Assembly: GCA_029244925.1 (NCBI GenBank)
Contig: JAQWQE010000029.1
Coordinates: 24,749-88,748 of the forward strand
Direction: 5' to 3'
DNA length: 64,000 nucleotides
DNA from: Gammaproteobacteria bacterium
GTDB lineage: Bacteria; Pseudomonadota; Gammaproteobacteria; Steroidobacterales; UBA11654
Numbering within the stretch: the first letter of the stretch is position 1; each line of letters opens with the position of its first letter. Positions 57,421-64,000 of the stretch are shown one piece after another. A program made the translations under genes and the position numbers. Below the pieces are notes generated by a model. That model was not told where the DNA came from. It saw only the letters and a list, made by a program, of their open reading frames with translations, and made no database searches.

Positions 57421-58173
57421 TTGAGTGCTGGGCAGGTAACCAAAAACAATGCAGTCACACAATTAAAATCTATCATGAGGCAAATAATAGCTATAGGGGG
57501 TGGTGGTTTTGGCAGAACAACAAAATCAAAACTAATAGAAAATTATATTTTAAGACAATCGCCTGAAAAAAAGCCGAGTATTTGCTTTATCCCAACAGCT
57601 ACAGGTGATGCTGACCCCTATATTGAGAGCTTTTATGCTGTTTTCTCACAACTAAATTGTGTTCCTAGTCATATCGGTCTTTTTAAACGTACCATCAATC
57701 TTGAAGCTCATATTGAGAAGCAGAACATTGTGTTTGTTGGTGGTGGAAACACTAAAAGCATGTTGGCAGTATGGAAAGCTTGGGGCCTAGATAAAATTCT
57801 TAGGCGTGCCTATAAGAGAGGTGTTGTGATGTCTGGAGTGAGTGCTGGAGCAATCTGTTGGTTTGAAAATGGTTTAACTGACTCTTGGGAAGAGGGGTTA
57901 AAGCTCATGCCTTGCTTGGGTTTTGCTCCAGGTAGTTGTGCGCCTCATTATGATGAGGAGCCTGAAAGAAGGCCGGCAACAAAGCAGCTGCTTATCGGTG
58001 GTCGTATTTCTTCTATGTATGGAATTGAGGGTGGTGCTGCGCTTCATTTTATAAATGAAAAACCCATTAAAGCCGTTCAGTTTGAGAAAGAAAAACGCTC
58101 CTACCTAGTAACCCTTAAAAGCAATAAAACAAGTGACGAAAAACCACTTAGTCCTGAAAAAATAATTTACTAG
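57421..58173 (+). CDS. Peptidase S51 (dipeptidase E / cyanophycinase-like)
   Basis: 250 aa with a TTG start; the alternative is Met19 at 57475 (MRQIIAIGGGGF). VFVGGGNT and the nucleophile region MSGVSAGAICW. Confidence 0.75.
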   Translation: MSAGQVTKNNAVTQLKSIMRQIIAIGGGGFGRTTKSKLIENYILRQSPEKKPSICFIPTATGDADPYIESFYAVFSQLNCVPSHIGLFKRTINLEAHIEKQNIVFVGGGNTKSMLAVWKAWGLDKILRRAYKRGVVMSGVSAGAICWFENGLTDSWEEGLKLMPCLGFAPGSCAPHYDEEPERRPATKQLLIGGRISSMYGIEGGAALHFINEKPIKAVQFEKEKRSYLVTLKSNKTSDEKPLSPEKIIY

Positions 58174-58176
58174 TAG

Positions 58177-58413
58177 TTAGCTTTTTTTTGCTTTGTCTGT
58201 TTTTAAACCAAAATAGTTCTTTATCTTTGTTATCAGCTCAGGTCCCAATAAGAAAAAGCCTATAAAAAATGAAGTCCAGCTTGCTGCGTAAGCTATTGAG
58301 GTATATGTGGCTTTTTCCCCTAAAGAAAGCCCACTATTAAGGGCAATATAGCCCACCAAAGGGTAAACTAAAAACGACCCTATAAATAAAATTACACCAA
58401 CGCCTTGTTTCAT
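58177..58413 (-). CDS. Small two-TM membrane protein
   Basis: 78 aa with two hydrophobic segments and a Lys-rich tail. Last gene of the hydroxylase-methyltransferase string. Confidence 0.45.
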   Translation of the reverse strand: MKQGVGVILFIGSFLVYPLVGYIALNSGLSLGEKATYTSIAYAASWTSFFIGFFLLGPELITKIKNYFGLKTDKAKKS

Positions 58414-58439
58414 AGTTGACCTTTTAAAAACACAATTCT

Positions 58440-59072
58440 CTAACCCTTTCGCAACAAGACTACATCTTTACATGGGATCTCGCACCTCCAATTTCTTTGT
58501 GTTGCAATCACCTCAAAGGTTTTTTCTGAATAAAAGACCACATGGGTTGGGTCTCTTCTGTAATGCCAGTCTTCAAACGCATCTTTTGTTGTTAGAAAAC
58601 TGGTCATGATCCCCAGCCACCCCTGTGGGTTTAACAGACCACCTAAAATATCAAATTCTTTAGAGGGGTCAAAGAAATGCTCCGCGGTTTCAGTGCAAGC
58701 AATAAAGTCATACTGTTTAGAAAAAATAGTTTTGTTGGGAAAAAAGAATGGGTCATAAAGGTCTACATCAAAACCATCTGCGCTCAACATATCCGCAAGA
58801 GCAGGACCATGACCACAACCAAAGTCCAGACCTTTGCTGTTTGGTGATAGCTTTTCTTTTAATGGTATTGAAAGTCTTGAGAGAAAGGCTCTATAGTTTT
58901 CATCATTAACTTCATTGTTGTGCTCTAGGTAACGCTCTTTTTCTTCTGCCATGCTTATGTAGTGTTTTTTACCTAAGAATTTTGCAGAACAATTATCACA
59001 ATACCAATACTCCTTATTGTCTCTGGTTTTAAAAAGTTCTACTGACTTGCTTTTGCAAACAATGCATTTCAT
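58440..59072 (-). CDS. Class I SAM-dependent methyltransferase with an N-terminal zinc ribbon
   Basis: 210 aa. CIVC...CDNC and SAM motif I LDFGCGHGP. Confidence 0.8.
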   Translation of the reverse strand: MKCIVCKSKSVELFKTRDNKEYWYCDNCSAKFLGKKHYISMAEEKERYLEHNNEVNDENYRAFLSRLSIPLKEKLSPNSKGLDFGCGHGPALADMLSADGFDVDLYDPFFFPNKTIFSKQYDFIACTETAEHFFDPSKEFDILGGLLNPQGWLGIMTSFLTTKDAFEDWHYRRDPTHVVFYSEKTFEVIATQRNWRCEIPCKDVVLLRKG

Positions 59073-59074
59073 TC

Positions 59075-59908
59075 TTATCTTTTAGTATTTGGCGGTCCAA
59101 AAAAACAATATAAGCTCTCATTAAGGTATTGAGCCTCTCTAATGTCTTCTATTATTTCTTGCCAAGCCATAAAGGTTATTTTTACTGGGTTAAAGGTATT
59201 AACATTGCTTACCAAGCCATATTTTACAGGTTCTTTTTCTGGCTCAAATGTCCCAAACAACCGATCCCAAATGATAAATAAGTTTCCATAGTTTTTGTCG
59301 ATATAGGTTTCGTTTGCTCCATGGTGAACTCTATGATGGGACGGGGTATTAAAAACCCACTCTAGCGGTCCAAGTCTTCCAATGATTTGTGTGTGCCCAA
59401 CTATCCCCCATAAAGTGCTGACTACTCCGGCAACAGCTATAACTGTTGGGTCCAACCCAATTAATGGAAGCGCCATAAAGAAGGGAAGCTTGGCGACAGG
59501 ACCAAACCATGCTTGCCTAAAAGAAACCGCAAAATTCATCTCTTCGCTTGAGTGATGGCTCATATGAATTGCCCAAAGAAACCTGGTTCGATGCGACAGC
59601 CTATGAAAAAAATAAAATATAAAATCTATAGAAATAAAAGCTATGGTCCAGATAGCCCAAGTGGGTACAAAGGCGTTTAGGTCGAAAACCCTAAATTGGT
59701 ATAAATAAAAATGAAAGGCTAGTGTTGCCCCTTTTATTGCAAAAACCATAACAATGTTTCCAGCCAAAAGTCCGACTGTACATAAAGTGTCTTGTTTTTT
59801 ATAAAGGCCTTTGTTTTGCCAATTTGAAAGCAAGGCTTCGATAAAAATCATGCCCAAAACAATAGGAGCACCAATAAAATATGCCTGTGTGACGGTTAGT
59901 TCTGTCAT
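59075..59908 (-). CDS. Fatty acid hydroxylase / sterol desaturase superfamily membrane protein
   Basis: 277 aa. Three His boxes: HRLSHR, HMSHHSS and HHRVHH. Confidence 0.85.
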   Translation of the reverse strand: MTELTVTQAYFIGAPIVLGMIFIEALLSNWQNKGLYKKQDTLCTVGLLAGNIVMVFAIKGATLAFHFYLYQFRVFDLNAFVPTWAIWTIAFISIDFIFYFFHRLSHRTRFLWAIHMSHHSSEEMNFAVSFRQAWFGPVAKLPFFMALPLIGLDPTVIAVAGVVSTLWGIVGHTQIIGRLGPLEWVFNTPSHHRVHHGANETYIDKNYGNLFIIWDRLFGTFEPEKEPVKYGLVSNVNTFNPVKITFMAWQEIIEDIREAQYLNESLYCFFGPPNTKR

Positions 59909-60062
59909 TGTTTTAGTTTTTAATCTTCATTTTATTAGTTAGTCGGTAAGATTAGCATGAACGCGCTGTGCTTTCATTTTAGAGACAATGTTCTTAAAGA
60001 GTCTTCTCTTACTCCTTGTATTCTATTATCCTCAAGCTTAGATAAAACCCTATGGTCCAACA

Positions 60063-61370
60063 TTGAAGATAAGCAAAATAAATAAAACCTCATTTGATCG
60101 AATTAAAGAGCAGATCTTAGCTTCGCTTGAGAATGATTCTGGGCGGCAACAGTTTACTTTTTTAACCGGTGCTGCTGGCAATGGAAAAACCACTATGATT
60201 GAACGCATAAAAAAAGAATGTTCTCTTAAAAAGATGGTTGTTGCTCCCACTGGGATAGCTGCATTAAATATTGGTGGCAGCACAATTAACTCCGCTTTTA
60301 GGATTGGCTTTGACCTTTTCCCTGTTGTAAAAGAGTCTAAAGATCCTAGGTTTAAGGCTCTTTTAAAAAACCTAGAACTTTTGATTATTGATGAAATTTC
60401 AATGGTAAAGGCCCCAATGCTAGATGCAATATCAGATACTCTAAAGGTTCATCGTGGTTCTTCTGAGCCTTTTGGTGGCATTCATGTTTTGGTCTGTGGT
60501 GATTTATTTCAGTTGCCTCCCGTGGTTAAGAACCATGAAGAATCAGCAATATTTGAACGATATGACTCGGTTTATTTTTTTAGTTCAGATAGCTTTAAAG
60601 CCATTCAGTTGCCTTCTTTTTATGAGCTGACCGACTCTTTTAGGCAGAAAGATGATTCTGAATTTTATTCTTTACTGAATGATATTAGGTTGGGAGAAAA
60701 CCTGGACAGCTCTATTAAAAAAATCAACAAGGCCTGCTACAACCCTGAGTTTGAAACAGAATCATCGCTGGTTATTACCTCGAGAAAGTATAGGGCTGAA
60801 CAAATCAACAATGAAATGTTGCGGTTGGTTGAGGGGCCTTTGATTAAAACAAAAGCAAAAGAAACGGGTGACCTTAATGAGAATGACTTGCCAGCGCCAC
60901 GTGAACTGCATATAAAAAAAGATGCAAAAGTAATGTTTATTAAAAACGATAGTGAGGGTAGATGGGTTAATGGCACTGTAGGTGTGGTGAGCGAGTGTCT
61001 TGATAAAAAACAGTCATCTATCAAGGTTAAGGTTGGTAAAAAAACACATAAAGTAAAGCGTGAAGAATGGAACAAAATTAAATTTATATACGATGAAATC
61101 AATGATGAGATGGAAGAAATAGTGGTTTCATCCTTTAAACAATTTCCATTAAAACTTGGTTGGGCGGTTACAATTCACAAGGCTCAAGGCCTAACCTTAG
61201 AGAGCTGCTCTATTGACTTAGGTGATGGTGCTTTTGCAACAGGCCAAACCTATGTTGCATTGAGTCGCTGTAAAACCCTTGATGCTTTGAGCCTTTATAG
61301 AGAATTAAAAACGAAAGATGCTTTGGTGGACCCAGATATTCAAGCTTTTCACAAAGCCCGATTTCGTTAG
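60063..61370 (+). CDS. Pif1/RecD-like SF1B helicase
   Basis: 435 aa with a TTG start. Walker A GAAGNGKTT, IIDEISMV, CGDLFQLPPV and VTIHKAQGLTLE. Confidence 0.85.
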   Translation: MKISKINKTSFDRIKEQILASLENDSGRQQFTFLTGAAGNGKTTMIERIKKECSLKKMVVAPTGIAALNIGGSTINSAFRIGFDLFPVVKESKDPRFKALLKNLELLIIDEISMVKAPMLDAISDTLKVHRGSSEPFGGIHVLVCGDLFQLPPVVKNHEESAIFERYDSVYFFSSDSFKAIQLPSFYELTDSFRQKDDSEFYSLLNDIRLGENLDSSIKKINKACYNPEFETESSLVITSRKYRAEQINNEMLRLVEGPLIKTKAKETGDLNENDLPAPRELHIKKDAKVMFIKNDSEGRWVNGTVGVVSECLDKKQSSIKVKVGKKTHKVKREEWNKIKFIYDEINDEMEEIVVSSFKQFPLKLGWAVTIHKAQGLTLESCSIDLGDGAFATGQTYVALSRCKTLDALSLYRELKTKDALVDPDIQAFHKARFR

Positions 61371-61426
61371 CTCGTGGTTAAACAAGGCCCAACCAACCCT
61401 TGTTGGTGCGACTGTCTCTAAAAACA

Positions 61427-62794
61427 TTAGTTGGGTGCATAGGCTATTAGGTCCAATAAGGTATTTGCCCCTGGAACCACCAAAGGGCCGCCAAGACGAA
61501 TTGTTGTAGATGCCGGCTTGTCATCAGGAAAACAAGAAGCCCACTCCTCTATGGATTCTGCAAACCACTGAAAATCATCATGAAAACACACTCGCCGGCA
61601 AATATTATCAGTGGTTGTGCCTGCGGCTTTACAAATTGCATTGATGTTTTTCATCATATAGCGCATCTGTGCTTGGCCTGGTGAGCCATACCAAGGAAAA
61701 GAAGGATGACGAACCATACCTTCTGCTAAATTACCCGTTGAGTCAAATGCCATTTGGGTGCTGAAGAATAATAGATCGCCTGCCTTAACAGCCTGTGGTT
61801 CATGCCCAAGTGGTTGGGGAGCGTCTGGCGCTTCAATGGTTAGCGCTTTGGTTTTGCTGCGATTGGTTAGTAAGGTTAGCGCTATTTCTACTCGGCCTCC
61901 TGGTGTTCCCATACCCATGTAAGGTATTACAACGCGTGCTGGAGGGTTTTTTGGGAAGCGGCGTTTCCACACCCGGTCCATGGCTGCGAAATCCTTGGGG
62001 TGGCCGATATATACGTCTGCCTTTACCGCTTTGGCTAGAGATGAGCCCGCTGATTTGGCGTATGCTGATAACTTATCAAGAATATGCTCCGTTTGTCTTT
62101 CCACAGGGTCTTCATGCCATTGCATTGTGTTGTCATCTTCATAAAGGTCGGAGGCGTTTTCAGAAGCTAGAAACACCCAGTCCCCTCTTCTTATTCCTGC
62201 AGAGTGGCCTCCTGCTGCTTTAGCAATTCCCTTGGGCACTCTTATTTTTGTTGGTTTATTATTATCATTAAGACAAATCATATCTACTTCAAGGAGTGTT
62301 CCTAAACACAGTAGCTCACGAACCCCCAAATAAGAAGAAGGTGGGGCAGGCTTTTTTACTATTGTATCTCGCACATTCAGATATGGTTTTAAACTTATCT
62401 CAGGCCAGTTATCCCCCCAAGAAAAATCCTCCTCTGTGGGTTCGTCCGAAACAAGCCACTGCCACATACGGACCATGTGCTCATTAACATCACAACCACT
62501 CGCTTTAATGGTATTCGCAAGGTTTTTTAATACAAAGTTTGCCTGCAATGAAAGTTCGTTATCAAGGTAGTCATTAGCCGCCAATACCTCAGGTGCTAAC
62601 CCAGTCTGGAAATCACTTGCTATTTGTCCGGCAATAAATACCCAGTCTCCAGCTTTTATAGCGGGACTATAGGGCATTAATGGTTTTGGAACCCCTGCCT
62701 CGAGACCGGGCCATACTGCCTCTTTATTTTGTTTTATTTTTTTTATTGCTACTGTTTTTTTAGTGGTCTTTTTCGTCATTTTAGAGTCTCTCAA
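61427..62794 (-). CDS. Protein with three tandem RidA/YjgF/L-PSP-like modules
   Basis: 455-aa ORF with a TTG start; ATG Met6 at 62779 is more likely. Three repeats each contain a (Y/H)S.A(I/V)(K/R).GD.(V/L)F..(G/S)Q-type strand, a Q...(L/M).(N/K)(L/I) helix and a C-terminal (V/L)(E/D)(V/I/L) strand (details in findings). Confidence 0.7.
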   Translation of the reverse strand: MRDSKMTKKTTKKTVAIKKIKQNKEAVWPGLEAGVPKPLMPYSPAIKAGDWVFIAGQIASDFQTGLAPEVLAANDYLDNELSLQANFVLKNLANTIKASGCDVNEHMVRMWQWLVSDEPTEEDFSWGDNWPEISLKPYLNVRDTIVKKPAPPSSYLGVRELLCLGTLLEVDMICLNDNNKPTKIRVPKGIAKAAGGHSAGIRRGDWVFLASENASDLYEDDNTMQWHEDPVERQTEHILDKLSAYAKSAGSSLAKAVKADVYIGHPKDFAAMDRVWKRRFPKNPPARVVIPYMGMGTPGGRVEIALTLLTNRSKTKALTIEAPDAPQPLGHEPQAVKAGDLLFFSTQMAFDSTGNLAEGMVRHPSFPWYGSPGQAQMRYMMKNINAICKAAGTTTDNICRRVCFHDDFQWFAESIEEWASCFPDDKPASTTIRLGGPLVVPGANTLLDLIAYAPN

Positions 62795-62913
62795 TTTTGT
62801 TGTGTGTCCTGCAAAAAATGCGGGCGTAGTTTAATAATAGTATTGCTTTTTATAAAGTGGTAGACGGTTTGCTTGGTTGGGTTAAACATTACAAATGATA
62901 GTAATAATTATAT

Positions 62914-64000
62914 TTACGCTTGTACGACTTCAAATAACTCGCCTACAGCTCCACGCAATATAAACCCTGCAGGCTTGTCATCCAAAAGGTTGGGGAGCGC
63001 TCCCTCGCTAACAATTTCTATAGAGGCTTTGGCACACATGGTTCGGCACTTATCTAAATCATTAACTCGAAGTGTCAACATTGCAAGACCTGTTTTATCT
63101 AAGGAGCATGGGTAGATGGTGCCTGATTTCGCCTTCATTTCCCATACTTCAATACCAACATCGAGGCCAAGATTGCCCCAAAGAAAATAGGTCCCTGTAG
63201 GCGCGCCAATTAGCTCATTAACATTTTCTTGATAACACTCCATTTGTGACGTTCTCTTAATGCCAAATGCTTTTTTGAAAAAAGAATTCACAGGACGTTG
63301 ATCCAAGGTCGTTATGGAGGCGCTTCCAAAACCATTATGTAAACCGATAGAGCGCACAATTTTTTGATCGCTACGGATGCTAGCGGTAATAAACATTTGT
63401 TCGCCCCCTGGACCAAAAGGCGAGTAACTCATTGAGTCCACATCCATTCCCCACATCGTGTTACGGAAATAATAATAGCGTGGTGGTGATATGACAGGCG
63501 TATTTGCAGTAACCAGAGCGTGGTAGGATTCAGCCGGATCTCGTGTTCCGCCCTCAAGAACATAGAGTCCTGGATCATTGGGACCAGATTCCGGACGAGG
63601 CCTAATTGGACCTGCTCCAGGCGGTGCCTCAAGAATACGAACAACCTGGCTATTAATCCAGCCTGAATTAGGCATAGACAAAAGCACATGGCGGTGTCCT
63701 GCAAGACCCATGCCTTGCAAAGTGGTGGTGTTCTTTAAGACTGTATCGCTTTGAACCGTCATACCAATAACATCACGGTAAAAGACGACACTAGCATCCA
63801 CGTCCGATGACACTATTGTAAAAGTAACTACCTTTGCTTCTAGTGGGTTGGAGTCTAGCGGCGATCCAAAAACCTCCCCTGTCACCTCCTTTGTTGCGTT
63901 GGGTGTAGGCCTCCCTTTTATACTTGAGTCAGTCTCGGGGTGTGCTTGTGCGTGCTGTAAGGTTGGAATAGAAGTTGCAGCAGCCAGTGCGATTCCAGCT
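62914..64000 (-). CDS. Exported VOC-fold (glyoxalase/dioxygenase-like) protein, 5' end outside window
   Basis: The ORF-track start (GTG 63885) has no upstream stop. The frame stays open to 64000 and reads ...AGIALAAATSIPTLQHAQAHPETD..., a signal-peptide-like stretch. VOC-type modules begin VTFTIVSSDVDASVVFYRDVIGMTV and SASITTLDQRPVNSFFKKAFGI. Confidence 0.6.
   Translation of the reverse strand, partial: AGIALAAATSIPTLQHAQAHPETDSSIKGRPTPNATKEVTGEVFGSPLDSNPLEAKVVTFTIVSSDVDASVVFYRDVIGMTVQSDTVLKNTTTLQGMGLAGHRHVLLSMPNSGWINSQVVRILEAPPGAGPIRPRPESGPNDPGLYVLEGGTRDPAESYHALVTANTPVISPPRYYYFRNTMWGMDVDSMSYSPFGPGGEQMFITASIRSDQKIVRSIGLHNGFGSASITTLDQRPVNSFFKKAFGIKRTSQMECYQENVNELIGAPTGTYFLWGNLGLDVGIEVWEMKAKSGTIYPCSLDKTGLAMLTLRVNDLDKCRTMCAKASIEIVSEGALPNLLDDKPAGFILRGAVGELFEVVQA

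Noticed and set aside
61371-61426. A possible bidirectional terminator between Pif1 and the triple-RidA gene (AACAAGG...CCTTGTT / CCAAC...GTTGG).
   Set aside because: The stems are only 5-7 bp with large loops and no flanking T/A runs, so the evidence is too weak to call a feature.
61795-62223. A 142-aa plus-strand ORF antisense to the triple-RidA gene.
   Set aside because: Long antisense ORFs are expected in ~50% GC DNA. Its translation is repetitive (L/W/G/R-rich) with no motifs, while the minus-strand frame shows three clean RidA modules.
1-64000. A whole-window scan for CRISPR arrays, tandem repeats, IS elements or transposases, integrases, prophage genes, tRNA/rRNA genes, toxin-antitoxin pairs and known defence-system signatures.
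   Set aside because: None was found by eye. Intergenic spacers are at most ~260 bp, no repeated spacer-repeat pattern occurs, and there are no tRNA-like T-arm (GGTTCGAATCC-like) sequences outside coding frames. The HNH and Pif1 genes stand alone without partner genes. A computational scan (tRNAscan, CRISPR finders, defence-system HMMs) is still needed to be sure.

Overview
This is a gene-dense, AT-rich bacterial chromosome segment; the largest non-coding gaps are about 150-260 bp. Conserved gene strings point to a proteobacterial, most likely gammaproteobacterial, streamlined genome: rpmB-rpmG-mutM, coaD-rsmD, rpoH-trmB, gltBD, acs, pntAA-AB-B, priA-argS, ntrX/ntrY-DUF4390-fmt-def divergent from smg-topA-tsaC-aroE, and xthA. 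A marine SAR86-like origin is only a guess. Positions 1-38.9 kb are housekeeping. Positions 38.9-64 kb are accessory and catabolic: an IclR-linked six-gene operon, a TonB-dependent-receptor locus, a ceramidase-like/kinase/nucleotidyltransferase cluster, a lipid-modification trio, a Pif1-like helicase, and a GC-rich terminal islet. Hand-counted 100-nt GC samples give 30% (421-520), 41% (44291-44390), 33% (60301-60400), 49% (61441-61540) and 55% (63541-63640). By eye I found no rRNA, tRNA, CRISPR array, integrase, transposase or long repeat. No classical defence or mobile system is evident. The candidates most worth follow-up are: (1) a single polypeptide with three tandem RidA/YjgF modules beside an exported VOC-fold protein in the GC-rich islet; (2) an IclR-associated operon built around an APH-type kinase and an AGXT2L-type PLP phospho-lyase; (3) a cluster of a secreted protein, an alkaline-ceramidase-like membrane protein, a P-loop kinase and a small HxGH nucleotidyltransferase; (4) an NtrX-like regulator with a visibly inactivated AAA+ core; (5) an in-frame TAG at a conserved Trp of an AGCS symporter; (6) a dnaX-type A-AAA-AAG heptamer in the topA/tsaC overlap. 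All family calls rest on motifs read by eye and recalled family knowledge. No searches were run.
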